Shown here: positions 25,159 to 40,120 of the stretch, in pieces | Numbering within the stretch: position 1 is the stretch's first letter | Layout: each line of letters starts with the position of its first letter | Source of the DNA: Chrysomallon squamiferum | Lineage: Eukaryota; Animalia; Mollusca | Assembly (NCBI GenBank): GCA_012295275.1 | Contig: CM022679.1 | Span: 31,248,001 to 31,312,000 of the forward strand | Length of the DNA stretch: 64,000 bases | Direction of reading: 5' to 3' | The notes under the pieces: generated by a model | Seen by the model: only the letters and a program-made list of their open reading frames with translations | What the model was told of the DNA's origin: nothing | Databases searched by the model: none | Translations under genes and position numbers: made by a program

Positions 25159-25703
25159 GTATTTTAGTTTTCTTCGCAACAAATGACTTGGTTTTAGTTT
25201 TGAAGAAAAACAAATGACTTGTGATGTTGCTAGTGACGCTGTTCCATACACAGTACAGCTGGGGTTCACCCAATTAATTCAAAATATTTAATTAAGGGTT
25301 AAACAAGATCAAATAGCACCTGCAACTCTTTCTTTTAATTACTGATAAACTAATATAAGTAATTATAATATATGTAATGAAATCAGGAATTTCCATTCGC
25401 TGTCATTAAATAAAAATAGTATAGCATATTCCAGTGATTTTTATAGTTATTCAAGATAAACACAGTATGAACAAGATAGTATTGTTTCAAAAAGCTTTAG
25501 ATTTAATTTTGCTATTTAGCATCAATGCCAACGTTTTATTTAATATTAGTTTTAATGACATCTGAATGTTTATATACCTGAGAGAGAAATGTCACTTTCA
25601 TGTTTCATTCAGTTAGTTAATCGTTTGGCAGTTTATAGTCAGTGTTCAAGTTTGCATACTGTAGATCATATGAGTATATCGAATTGTCTAAGACTGTAAT
25701 CGT

Positions 25704-25705
<2 letters not shown>

Positions 25706-25774
<69 letters not shown>
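25706..25774. repeat. (CT)n microsatellite
   Basis: Directly visible. Confidence 0.95.
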
Positions 25775-25779
<5 letters not shown>

Positions 25780-26606
25780 TTCTAAAATGTAATTTGAGAA
25801 AGGATATATTTCACAATATTAAGTTCACGCAATATAATTCATAATGTTCAAAAACCCCAAAAAAACAAAAACAAAACAAAAAGCCCAAAAAGGAAAACAG
25901 GAAAAATATGATAAAAATAAAACCCCAAAACAAAAAAAATAACAAAAAAAAAAATCGCTTAAAATATTGGTTATGTCCGATCAACTTTATCGCTTCCTAG
26001 GAACCTGATGACGAGATGAAGTGTATTAACTCCTTGTTTCAGGCCCGGGTATTTCGCAGTCCTGCGGCGCGGAATAATACAACGATACATTGCAAAATCA
26101 ATTTCACAGATGAAGTGTGTTTGGAATGTCGGAGTTCACATACTGAAAACAGCTATTTACACTCGTGGTGGCCATACTGTCTCTCTGTCCAGGTGTCTAA
26201 CAGGCCAACAAGCCCATCAAACAACGCGATCATTGATTTTCGCATCTGAAATAATACTTAGACGGACAGTTTTATTGGTGGTAAACGAGAAATGGACATT
26301 GGTTTTTGTGAACGAGATAAAACACACGTGCGCTCGCTTTCTTTCGCAGCTGTGTGTTTTTCCGGACTGTTACATTTCGCATCTTTTGCCGTTGTGTGTG
26401 TTTAAGTGACGAAGTAAAGATTGTGTTTGCCAGCCCATTTACCATCTGTGAAAACAGTTCCACACAAACCGTCTTGAGAATGAAAAACAGTTATTATTCT
26501 CTACCACTGACCTGATTAATTACAATTATTATTACTTTTGTGTTTTTTCTTTCGTACTTTATACATAAAAAAAAAAAAAAAAAAAAAACCCAAAATTTTA
26601 AAATCT

Positions 26607-26640
<34 letters not shown>

Positions 26641-26771
26641 CTTTCTTTCTTTTTTTTTTTTTTTTTTTTTTTTAATTTTTTTAATTGTAGTGGATTAATT
26701 TACTTCTTTCCTATGTTTCACTCTTTTCGTTTTTTTAATTTCATTTTTTGCATACATACATATACTTACAT

Positions 26772-27352
26772 ATATGGCAGAAATGGTTGTATTATGTTAA
26801 TTTAACTGTAAATGGTTTTAGTTAAGATACCAGATGTACGTCCATACAAACAAACATACATACATACATACATACATGCATGCATGCATACGTACACATA
26901 TAGATGCATACATACATATATACATGCATGCGTACATATATACACACATACATACATACATATATACATGCATACATACATACATACATACATACATGCA
27001 TACATATAGATGCATACATACATATATACATGCATGCGTACATATATACATACATACTTACGTACATACATGCATACATACTTGCATACATACATACGTA
27101 CGTACGTACATTCATGCATGCATGCATACATACATACATATATACATGCATACATGCATACATACATATATACTACATACATACATACATACATGCATAC
27201 ATACATATATATACATACATACATACGTAATGCATACATACATGCATACATACATGTATAATACATACATACATACGTGCATACATACATACATATATAC
27301 ATACATACATACATACATACATAGATGCATACATACACACATACATATAAAC
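26772..27352. mobile_element. Interspersed repeat copy 1: conserved ~75-bp segment followed by a ~500-bp (CATA/CATG)n array
   Basis: ATATGGCAGAAATGGTTGTATTATGTTAATTTAACTGTAAATGGTTTTAGTTAAGAT is identical to the sequence at 42987. Both copies continue as ..AGATGTACGT.CATAC into a simple-repeat tract. Confidence 0.75.
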
Positions 27353-28423
27353 ATAGGGACAGACACACAAATATATGTGAAAGAGACTGACATATGTAAG
27401 CCAGAAAAGGAATTTACAGGAAAAGAGATTTAACAAAATAAGTCAAACAATTTTCTCAATTAATCATATTTTGGCCCGTACTCTGTAAACATTCCTATTA
27501 ATAATAGTTTTGTCACGTAGATGTATATACATTCTGCCTAATCTTTCTAACGCGTGTTAAACCTAATCGAATGTTAAGAGAAATTTTGGATAAACAAAAC
27601 TTCAAACGGGACTTAGGAGGTCCGAAAGTAGCGGTCATTACGCTTGACCCCTCTTCTGGGGTCTTTCATTGCTTCAACCGGACACACAAAAGCCGACCCC
27701 TGCACGTGCAGGTCAGCTCGCGACCTCGTTCACGTAACGGGTCACCTTTCGTTTCGTGAAAGTTTTGAGATTTCCAAGTCTTCACAATCATATCGAATGT
27801 CGGCTTCACGAACTGAAACGAAGACTGGGCGACCTGGCATCGTGACATGCTGACACATGGAAACCGAGATGTTTTGTTTAGAAAGTACCCGGCTAGTTAG
27901 TCGGGATTGTATTGACAATTATCATTGGATGACCGATGACCTCCGCAGAAAACCCCCGGTGACCCGGTGACGTAACAGGTGATCCCAACCGACGTCTGCC
28001 TATGTTTGAACGTTTGGTGTCTCCTCGGTGAAATTGATTTCTTATTTACCTAGACCAAACGAACGCGCCTGCATTTATACCGCCATCTTGTCATATTTGA
28101 CTTTCTGAACTGAATGGAAGAAATCGGAACAGTGTGTAAACATCATAAATGATTCAAATTTTTTCTCCGTTCGTGCGGTATTTTAATTGGCTTTGGGTAC
28201 AGAGAGTAAAATTTCAATCTGACATTTTTACACATTGACCCGCTGCGAGATTAAATTTACCACCAGATTTATTTCCCTTTAATTTCTGTTCTATTGCACT
28301 TTATCGTGAACAAAGGAATTTCTTGATTAACGACAGTTAAATATTCTAGGAAAAGGTTATTTTATCTACAGGGAATATATCGCTTCCTCACTTTGTCTGT
28401 CTGTCTCTCTGTCACTGTCTACA

Positions 28424-28556
<133 letters not shown>

Positions 28557-29719
28557 CACCTGTTTCTGCCCTCATTCCTTTGCGAAGAAAAATAAAGAGA
28601 CTATTATGTAACCATATATTATACATGACATCTGACAATTCTTGTGTCAGACACTGTTTGCATTCTGAAACAAAACTATTGATAAAGTAATATTTGTCAT
28701 AAAGCACCTAGCGTTTGATGATTTATTGCCCCTTTCAAATACTGAGAATGTTGTACTTCCGAATATCGTCATTACGATTTAGCGAAATATTCAGTTCTGG
28801 CAGCAGTTAAAGATGAATTTAATAAATGGAACTCCAGTGAATCTAAATATGTATCAGTCAAAATAGTTAATATATTCTAAGTAATTCTAGGACCTGAACA
28901 CTTTTTAATATTTTTAATCATTATTTATTTATTTATTTATTACTTCTGTTACCAATACTACTACTAGTACTACTATTACTACTACTAATAATAATAATAA
29001 GAAGAAGAAGAAGAAGAAGAAGAATAGTAACAGTAATGACTATATTTTAATTATTATTATTATTATTAAATGTACATTAATTCTTCTTTTACCATGGGCT
29101 ATTTAGTATCTTCATAATTATGTACATCATGTATTCTGTTTATGTTAATACACTTGTGATCACCTGCAGTCTTTCTTTCTATCTGCAACTTGTTTTAAAA
29201 GATGTAACTTTTTTTTTGCGGTTGGAAACGATGACCTGTTTGATGCCACCAGCGAAAAAGAAGTACCACTTCGTAAGAAGAGCAGACGGCACGAGAGATC
29301 ACGTGACACTGCACGAGGCGTGGCGTGCTTTTCGAAGACCTCACACGTCTGATTTTGTATCTATGAATCTTTGATACATTTCTCTGTTCTCAGATTATGT
29401 TAGTGATACGATTAAACACGTTTCTTTGTAATTAAATTCGCACACAGGCAGCCTGCAGTCTAGATTACTTTAAAATATGTAAATTGTGTAAATATATCCA
29501 CCCTGTCTTTCTCAAGTTATAATTATAGTTCTGCTCTTGGTTTGGTTTTTTTTTTTGGTTTTGGGGTTTTTTTTCTCTGTTTCTTTTTATTTAATTATGG
29601 AACAATTTATCAGTTATCTACCTACAAAGTTATCTATTACGATTATTATTTATTTAGTTATTTAGTTATTTAGTTATTCATTCATTCATTCTATGCATCT
29701 TCGATTCAGTCATAGTCAA

Positions 29720-29794
<75 letters not shown>
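29720..29794. repeat. (CA)n(GA)n compound microsatellite
   Basis: Directly visible. Confidence 0.9.
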
Positions 29795-29797
<3 letters not shown>

Positions 29798-29932
29798 GCA
29801 TCAGTTGTAAGATATGTAACTTAGAAAGGGTGAAATGAATAGATTTCCACACAGAATGAAGTTTATGTTTTCCAACTGTTTAAAAACTGCTCATTTTCTT
29901 TTCCTTTTTTTTTTTATTTTATTTTATTTTAT

Positions 29933-29963
<31 letters not shown>

Positions 29964-30521
29964 GTCATTTCGTTTCGGTTGAGTGTCAGGCAACGTGTAT
30001 TTAATTTCATGGCTAATTTTATTTTACATGTTAAACGATAACCTTTAGAAAATTGCCTTAACAACATCGTTAACTTTTTAATGAGGCAAATTCAATTTAG
30101 ACTTTCCTTTTTATAAGCTCTGACGCCAAGTAATTGTTTCATGGGTAAATAAAAGATAAAAAAAAAAAAATAAAATAAAACTTTTTAACTGTATTATCGC
30201 TTTAGGTAGACTGTTTAATTAAATATCTACTAAAATAATTTAAGTTGGAAAATAATTGACATTGTAAAAGTATCTAAATGAATGTGAGTGTGCGTGTGAG
30301 CGCGTGTGTGTGTGCTATGTGTGTAATAAGTTTATACACAAACACATACTAACATATAAACACCCCTATACAGGAAGGAGGGACAGACATATGATGACGC
30401 CGTTGAAACTGAAAAAAAATATAGATACTTGTAGACACAATAAGCAAAATAAAAAACACACACGATTAAGGCAGACAAAGAGAAAGACGCAAGCAAATAG
30501 AGGAATACAAAATCAGAGAAA

Positions 30522-30529
30522 ATAATAAT

Positions 30530-30562
<33 letters not shown>

Positions 30563-30574
30563 AAGAAGAAGAAG

Positions 30575-30672
<98 letters not shown>

Positions 30673-30678
30673 GTGATG

Positions 30679-30726
<48 letters not shown>
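30522..30726. repeat. Compound (GAA)n(TAA)n microsatellite
   Basis: Directly visible; source of the poly-S/poly-I pseudo-ORF. Confidence 0.95.
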
Positions 30727-31415
30727 TACTTTATGTCGAGAAATGACAATACCACAAGTCTCCTTTCAATATTTTATCTGTGTTCTTAACAAACACAAAT
30801 TTCCTTTCATTTCTTGGAGCAATCTGATTCTACGACCAACTGGTCTTTGAGGTCACGTAACGAGGCGTTCTCCGTGGTTTTGTGGTGGCATTTATTCAAC
30901 TGTATAGTGTTTCATCTTCTTATGCTCTGCATTTACTCAGAATGTAAAAAATACAAATTAACATTAAACTCTGCCAGATGTCAGTTTCACGTAAACTTTC
31001 CAGATCGTATTTGTTTTTTGTTGTTTATTTATTTTTTTTATTTTTTTATTTTTTTTTTCCAGTAATGGTTTTATACTGTTTTTGTTTTTTGTTTTTAGTT
31101 ATAATTATATTTATTTATTCATTTATTTATTTATTTATTATTTCTGTTGGGGAATTGTTTGCTTTTTTTGTTTTCTTTTTTAAGGATTTTGTGTGTGTGT
31201 GTGTGTGTGTGTGTGATATTGTTGTTGTTTTATCATTTTCTCGTGAATGCTATCTATCTAGTTTATTTACAGATGTGAAGAAAAATAGAAATAATGTTTT
31301 TAAAATATCCTGTCTTACAGTTTATCTATCTATCTAACCAACGGTTTTTGTGTGTGTATATATGTCTGTCTGTCTCTCTGTAAATATCTCTCTAAATATT
31401 TATCTTTCTCCATAT

Positions 31416-31516
<101 letters not shown>

Positions 31517-32665
31517 GTTATTTGTGCATCTCTTTTTTTATTCTTCTTTTTTCATCTCCTTTCATTCCTTAACGTTTGATTATTCTTTCTTTTATACTTA
31601 GTTGCTTGTTTCAGCTTCTTATGCATTATTATTATTTTTAATTTTATTTGTTTTATTATTGTTGTTGTTGTCGTTGTTTGCTTGTTTTTGCTATTTTAAC
31701 ATCACTAACGGTATTTACCACAAGAAGAAGAGGAGAAACGTAAAAAAAAAAAAGAAACAGGAGAATAAATCAACAAGAAATCAAAAACCACGGACAACGA
31801 CTGATTTCAGAGATCGTCAGTTTGGTGTTTGCCGTGGACAGACTCGTACATTATTTGCAGTACACAAAGACACGTCTATTTTAACACATCTGATCCTCAT
31901 CTGGCGACCCGGAAACACCGAACCGAAACCGTCTGAATACCTGTTTCCATTACCTAGTTCAGACATGCGAACAATGTACACCGAAATCCGTTGTTTAACA
32001 CGAACCCACTGGCCACTATTTGATTCCAATTCCGTTGTTTAACCCGACCCTCTACTCAGTGTTAATTTACAATGCCGCCGCGAGCGAAATGCTCGCATTT
32101 AAGCCCGACGCCATTTGAAATGAGGGAAAAAAATCTTTATGGCGATTATCTCTTTATTCTGGGAAAATAAAACATTAAGCGATGCGATACCCGTATGATT
32201 TATCTTGCTGAGAATTGTTGTTAACCCTCGTGGCGTGTAATCTCGTTCGGTTCAATTGACCAATGGCGTGCGCGTTTGTTAAGCATCTTTAGAACGGAGA
32301 GGCTAATTCACGGACAGCAAGCACGCTCGACGTCTTCAACGTGAAATTAGTTGATGCATCAAAGACAAATATTATTAAAGTTATGAACAAGGTGAAATTT
32401 TCTCACGAAATTCCTAAATCTTGAAATAATTTATTTGGCAATAACGACTGTGGACAGATCGTAATTAAAATAAACATTGTGAAGTTTTGAGGAATAGTGA
32501 ATGAAGAGTAAATAAATAAAATAAAAATGATAAAAGAAATTAAGAAAACAAATATTTATTAATCAAAAAAGAAAGATAAATGAAAATAATCACAATAAAA
32601 ATTTTGAAACAGAAAAATTCAGTCAGTAATGAAAATATATAAAAAAATAAACCATCCAATTTATA

Positions 32666-32699
<34 letters not shown>

Positions 32700-32967
32700 A
32701 ATAATAATAAATAATAATAAATAAAATAACAAATAAATAAATAAATAATGGGAAAAGATAAAAGAAATGATTCAACAAATGCAAAGCGCAGTTAGAAATG
32801 ATGGATAAAACGGGAATGATAAACAGTAAATAAGAGAAATAAAAGAACCATGAAAACTAACTAAAAAAAAACTAAGCAAGAATATATCAACAAAAGTAAA
32901 CAGATGAAGAAATACAAAATAACGTTTGGAACAAATAAAGGTCAAATTATTAACACAAGCAAAGTTC

Positions 32968-32970
<3 letters not shown>

Positions 32971-33035
<65 letters not shown>
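32971..33035. repeat. (AG)n microsatellite
   Basis: Directly visible. Confidence 0.95.
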
Positions 33036-33039
<4 letters not shown>

Positions 33040-33088
33040 CAGTGAAAGAAGGAAATAGCAATGTTTTATTTATTTATCATCATCATCA

Positions 33089-33121
<33 letters not shown>

Positions 33122-33464
33122 AAAAATATACTGAATAAAACAAATGTAAGATATGAGTCATAACAAAGAAAACAAATTAGGTAAAAATATCAAAAGACTT
33201 TTTAAAAATAAACACACAACAAAAGATATTAAAACCAGACATTATTTTTTTAAATACATTATCCCCGCTGACAAAACAGACCGTTGTTTCCGCACCTTCA
33301 AATACAAATTGTGTTTATGTGGAAATTCGAACCCCTTACGACTGTAAGCCACGGTGTAAAACAGTATTTTAATGAGAGAGAGAGAGAGAGAGAAAGAGTA
33401 GCTGTACCATAAAAATCTGTACCGGTTTAAACTCGACTTTAAATAAATTAAGATATACAGACGT

Positions 33465-33498
<34 letters not shown>

Positions 33499-34087
33499 GC
33501 CAGTGATTTACAAAAGTAGATTCACCTGTGTATACAAAACGAAACGAAATCGAATCCGCACAAGAGGTGTCGCGTTGCGTTATCTGTGTTTTTTCAGCGC
33601 ATAGCTACACGCTGACTTCGTGCACGCGGTCCGTAGACAAATCACGACCAGGGCGAGCGTGGAGAGAAGTATTTAGTTTCTTTCAACAATACGTAATTTG
33701 GGTATCTCTGTGAAATCAGAGGTTTCTCTTCTCTCCGGGAAACCATCTTGAATTTAACGCGAGTGACTCAGTTATCGCAAACTGAGCATGGTTTTGTTTG
33801 TTTTTGTTTTGTGTTTGTATGAAGTTGTTTTGACTTTTTAAATTTTTTTATTTATTTCTCTTGAGTAAATAGAGATAATTGCGCATGAAAAAAGAAAAAA
33901 AAAAAAAAAAAAAAAAAAGGCTAAGGAAAGGCCTAACATGTACAATCCTTAAAATTATCTTATTAGTTAAAGAAGAAACCGCAGTATTGGACTGTTCTGT
34001 CTAAATCTTTAAAACACCAACAAACTTAAAACCCAGAGATAGTTTATATATTTACTTATTGCATATTTATAACCTTTCGTACTTTCT

Positions 34088-34107
34088 CATTCTAAGACAC
34101 TGTTCAG

Positions 34108-34140
<33 letters not shown>

Positions 34141-34154
34141 CACACACACACACA

Positions 34155-34208
<54 letters not shown>

Positions 34209-34218
34209 TATACACACA
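34088..34218. repeat. (CA)n microsatellite, interrupted
   Basis: Directly visible. Confidence 0.9.
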
Positions 34219-35822
34219 GGTACCAAACTACTTATCCCTCTTCCAGAAATAATAAAAATCGTGAAAAGCGGCTATTTTTGGAAACTAATTACTTTTGAAT
34301 CAGGCGCTCTTTGTTTTAGTTTACGTGATGCCAATTCAAGTGAGAGAGTACGGGTGATACTCTCAATATAAGTTTTGTTTGTTTGTTTGTTTCAGTTTAT
34401 TTTCATTTATTGTCATGTCTAACAGACTATCAGGACTGCAACACGTTCGTGAAAAGCGTTTTCTGTATTCTAAGAATTTAAGCGAATTAGTAAAGATCAA
34501 GCAACATCGTGCTTTAGAAATGAATTAACCTGTATGTGTTAAATACAGTTTCATTCTTTACTTTTCATTGTTTATTTAAATTTTGTTAACATTTATCCTG
34601 CATCCAGAAATCGAACAAATTTTGAGACTGGGACCATATATGATCTTTGTCTGCTGAACAACTTGTTTTATAAAAGTACGTAAGAATTCACCCCAAAATG
34701 TATTCAGATATTTAAAGATGAGTATCAGAGCAATGAACCTTTGGTGTGTTTGGTTACAAGATCAGTTTTTCTCTGCGCGTCCGTACATTAGTCTTGTTTC
34801 GACAAAATGCTTAGCAAAGGTCATGGGTATACGCTTTCTAGAAGTTAATGGGAAAATATATTGAATTTCTTCAGATGACTAAAATTATATAAGAAATAAC
34901 AAATGTTTGGCATTCAGTAACTGAATATAGCAAATTAATTACTGAGCCGTGGTTAAACAAAACAACTTTAAAGAAAAATAAATTTAAAAATGGGATGGAG
35001 AGTTTAAGGTGTCCTCATTTAGATACGGAATGTATTAAAAAAAAAGTCAACTCGATTATTAAAAAGTGTGACAGTTATTGGGTTGTACCATCACTCGACT
35101 TTTTAATTCAAAATAGATGATAAATAAACTTAAAAGCTAAACAATAACCAGTTCGCATTAAGACAGGAAACGTCTCATCTGCATGGAACGGAAACCTCTC
35201 GAAATCTCGAAACGCGATACCCGTGTTTGTACTTTGACAATTGCAAACGAGAAGATCACATATCTAAAACCCACCCTTCAAACGTTCCTTTTTTTAATTC
35301 AACACCAGGTTCTTCACTCATTGTCAACCGGTAGTTTATTTAAACTAGAGTAAATAATAAATAAATGAAAAAGTAATACTTAAATAATAAACGAGGGTTT
35401 CATTTCACAGCGCGCCAATTTACAGAGGCTCTCAGGTTTGTATTGACGAAACAAACCACCGAGACTGACCGGTGGAGAAGTAATTTCTGTTTTTCTAATG
35501 ATATGTCACACAGCACACAAAACAGCATGTTTTATAAAGTATACTCTTGCCCGCGGCTATGACCTGCTTGAGAGTTTTCACTGTGACAGTGTGTATGGAA
35601 AGGTAAAATGAATATCATCTGTGGTGGCGCCTCGCAGGCACGTGCTCAGCACGAGACCACGGGAGAATGGCCGACAGTAGAAGTGAACGGGATGGTAACC
35701 GCGAGGGAGGTCGCGTGCATTCGTGGTTGTGACAGTGACACGTGCACTGTTCGACCCGTTTCAGTGTGTCTCAGAAATACCTAGAAGGTTTCAGAGAATA
35801 AGGAAGAAATACGGAAAGAATA

Positions 35823-35991
<169 letters not shown>

Positions 35992-36635
35992 ATCTTACTC
36001 ACACAAACGCACGTTCTGTCTCTTTCTCTCTCACACACACACACACGCACATATTCACATACACTGTTAGTTCACTTGTTCAAGAATCTGGTAAAACACA
36101 TACGTTTTTGGCTTGAAATTTTGTTATTGACAGAAACGGAGATGAAGATAGTGTGAATTATTTTATATCACAAAGTTAATCTAGTGTGTCAGAAACAAGA
36201 ACAAAGACTCACTGTGGCTGTACGCAACTCGATACCGCGATAAAATAACATTAAAACCGTAAACTGGAGATTTGTTTTTTATTTTTTCCTGGTTTTCATA
36301 TACACTACACCCTATACACTTCAGAAACTTTGAAAAAAAAAAATCTTTCACTAACGAGATTAGATCTTAAAAACATTGAATGTCCTAGTGAAAACTGCAA
36401 ACGTTACTAGTCATGGCGCCGACAAGGCACGCGCTCAGCGCGCGCTAGAAATGAAAACAAAATGGTGGCGCCGTCTGACTCAGCTGGATCACGTAGACAT
36501 ACGTTTGGCCCAACTGGGTGTTGTCATCTGTCTACGTGTCTGTTATTACGAAACCGGATTTATAGCAAAGTGTTTGCAGAAGTCCAGTGACCAAGTGACA
36601 TTTAGAAATGTTTAGTCGAGAAAAAAGATGAAAAA

Positions 36636-36667
<32 letters not shown>

Positions 36668-37772
36668 TAACGGAAAAAATATGTTACGTTACAAGACGGT
36701 TCTAAGTCTTTACTAATTGATGAATCTCGGAGATAAAAACAGATTTTTTTTTTTTTTTTTTTTTTTTTCATTTACGACATATGGTGTGCAGCTGTATTAA
36801 AGAGAAAACTGTTCGAGTAATAATAAACAGAACAGATAAATAGCCTAACTACATGTCGATTACTTCCAAATCATTTTACACTGACTAGAGCGGTCACCTT
36901 TTGTTAGTAATAAAGTATAGTGGTGGTGGTAGTAATTGTAACAATAGAATAAAAGTAATATAAACAGAATAGTTGTAGTGGTAGTAACTGTAACAATAGT
37001 AGTAGTAATAGAATAAAAATAATAATAACAGAATAGTTCTAGCAGTAGTAGTAATAGAATAACTAATTATAATAATAACAGTTCTAGTATAATTGTAGCA
37101 GTAGTGATAGTAGTAATTTGTTTTCATTTGACTTTTGTAATTCATAATTTTTTCGAAATAAATAAGACCTTTGTGTACGTCCGTGCGTGTGTGTGTCTGT
37201 CTGTCTGTTTTCTATTTCAGTCCGTGTCGGTTTTATAAACTGTATCATTAATTAACTCAGCTCTAAACTTCCTGTGACAACTCCAGTATTTACAAACAGT
37301 CACGTGATGCAGAGTACGGTCACTAAATCTCCTGATTAAACAAAATGGCGAGAGGTTGCAAAACAAATCGTCCCTCCTTCTTCTCTTTACATGCAGTTTA
37401 TGAAACAATTTATCAAACTGCGCGAGTTAGTTTAGATAAAAAGCCGGAAACTGAGTATTCCAATATATCGTGACCTGGCACCTGCAGATATATTTTGTTG
37501 GCCCCAAGATAAAAACTTTCTCTGGGTACCTGTTTTATCTTTCTACCGATTAAAGTAATTGCATTCATTCTCCGTCAGAACGCCGTGTTACGTGTCAGTG
37601 TCAAAGGTCACTTCCTTCTGATAACTGAGCTGTCGTCCTGACAAAGATGATATGGTTTAATAAAGTGAAAAAAGAAGTAGAAGAAAATAAATAAAACAAA
37701 AAATAAACTTTGTCTGTTCAAGATTCGAAGTAAAAATTAAGAAAAAGAAATTCGTTCTCTCTGTCTTTACAC

Positions 37773-37773
<1 letters not shown>

Positions 37774-37858
<85 letters not shown>

Positions 37859-37859
37859 A

Positions 37860-37931
<72 letters not shown>
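37774..37931. repeat. (CT)n microsatellite, two tracts
   Basis: Directly visible. Confidence 0.95.
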
Positions 37932-37934
<3 letters not shown>

Positions 37935-38662
37935 CTCTTTCACGCTTGGTCACATTGTTAGTCCAGTAATTGTAATGGACATTTTATATGGTTTATAGGT
38001 CTGTCAGTGTATATAATTAGTTTTTTGTATCTCTAGCTAAGAAACGAAAACAAAAAGATAATACACCTTTAATACATAGGAACAGTATTTAATTATCTCC
38101 ACCCCGATTTCAGTCAGGGTGGTCCATCCACGGAGGTCAGATGGTTTCAGAAGACGAAGGTAAGCCGGATAAAATTAAAGCTAGCTGGATAGACAAAGAC
38201 CTTTTGTTTAAAATTTCTATCGGTTCTTCAATCTACGGTGAGAATTTGTCATGGTACATTTTGCTTAAACATGGTACTTTGCGGTAATTGGGCAGGCCAC
38301 ACAGGTGATGTTTTCAGATGAGAATATTACTGTAAAGGATCGAGTTTTAATTTTCATTATTAATCAGATTTAAAAATATCAAGAAAAGAAGAAAGAAGGA
38401 AAAATAAAAAATCAGAAACATGCCTGCTATATGCTAATTTTGATTGCTTGTAACAGTAAAAAGTAAATTGTTTTTTGTACAAATCGTTTTCCACGCCTAT
38501 GATATTAAATTTCCACGAAAGGTCTATTTTTATGTAGGTGGGTTTGGATAGGCTAACATTCTGTACGCGATTTGTTTGTTTTTGTTTTTTTTCGCTTGGA
38601 TCTGCCTGTATATTGTTGTTCTGGGTTCATGTGATTGTATTGTTTTGTTTCGTTTCATTTCG

Positions 38663-38693
<31 letters not shown>

Positions 38694-38742
38694 TAAATTT
38701 TCTTTATGTTTTCTGAGGTTTTATCTTTTTTAAGAGGGGTAA

Positions 38743-38789
<47 letters not shown>

Positions 38790-39809
38790 TTATTATTATT
38801 ATTATTATTATTATTTTTTTTTTTTTTTAATTGTTGGTTTTCTTTTGTTTCTGGGTTCTTTTGGGCGGTGTTTTTTTTTGTTTTTTTTCTTTTGTTATAA
38901 TAATATATATTCTTTTTGTAATAATTCTTCTTCTCTTCTTCTTCTTCGTCTTCTTAATATTTATTCTCTTTTTTATAATAAATCATAAAAAGGTATTTTA
39001 TTGTTATTGAATAAAATCAGTTAGCACCTCGTTTCAGTTTTATTTCCACATCTGGATAAAAACGCGAAAACATTTTCCCATCAACTGACTCACCATCCAC
39101 CGTTATCCCCCCCCCCCACCGCATGTTCCCCACGTCAGTTATTACACGTGTTTCTGGTAACGACAGCAAGGACGGTGACGGGGTCATTACTGAGTTAACA
39201 CGACGTGGACTTCATTACGCCGTCTTCCAGCACCAATGAATACGACATCGATAAACATGGTAAACAAAACCACAAACATGTTGTGTTTTCATTATACACA
39301 CGATTTCGTGTATGGATACTCTCTTTACCAGAATTAATTAGAAACCCAGTTATTTTCTCATCACTTCAAAGTGACCGATAGCAAACCGGAATGCCAGCTA
39401 GATCGCACATATGTTTGAAATACGCAATTATTTACCGTCCGTTACGGTTTTTAGCTTTGACCGAATGGAGGATTACAACAGTTGTCATGGAAATAACGGT
39501 AGTAGTGCTTGGTAAATATTGTCATTCCTCCATCTGCAGAACGCACCATTTGAAACGGATACTTTGGGAGAGGGATAAAAACTGGAAGGAAAAAAAAGAG
39601 GAAAAAAATAAATAAAATAAAACTGTTATTTAAAAAGAAAGGCATGATGTAGCTGAAAGAGGTTTTCAAAATTAAATATGAGAGGAACAAAGAAAGCAAG
39701 GTATAAAAGCATACACTATACAGACAAATTTAAAAGTACCCAAAAGCCTTATCCGCTCACGGGTACACGCATGCACATCCACAAACACATATATAAATAC
39801 GCACAAGAA

Positions 39810-40120
39810 CACACACACACATAAACTCACACAATACATACATAAACAAACACATATACATACAGATATATACACACATTCATACATACACACTCACATG
39901 CACTCACACAAAAACACACACATACATACAAACACATACATACACATGCACACACACATACACACACACACATAAACTCACACAATACATACATAAACAA
40001 ACACATATACATACAGATATATACACACATTCATACATATACACTCACATTCACTCACACAAAAACACACACATACATACAAACACATACATACACATGC
40101 ACACACACATACACACACAT
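39810..40120. repeat. 151-bp near-perfect tandem duplication of a CA-rich low-complexity block
   Basis: ATAAACTCACACAATACATACATAAACAAACAC.. starts at 39821 and again at 39972. Confidence 0.88.

Noticed and set aside
26802-27436. Stack of overlapping ORFs up to 199 aa (MYVC / HTYI repeats)
   Set aside because: These are translations of a (CATA)n microsatellite, which lacks stops in most frames. There is no coding signal.
31602-32042. 146-aa ORF with hydrophobic N-terminus and basic stretch
   Set aside because: Built from T-rich and A-rich low-complexity runs with a TTG start; no homology recognised.
33320-33356. Isolated B-box-like GGTTCGAATT on the minus strand
   Set aside because: No A box or cloverleaf at the expected distance.
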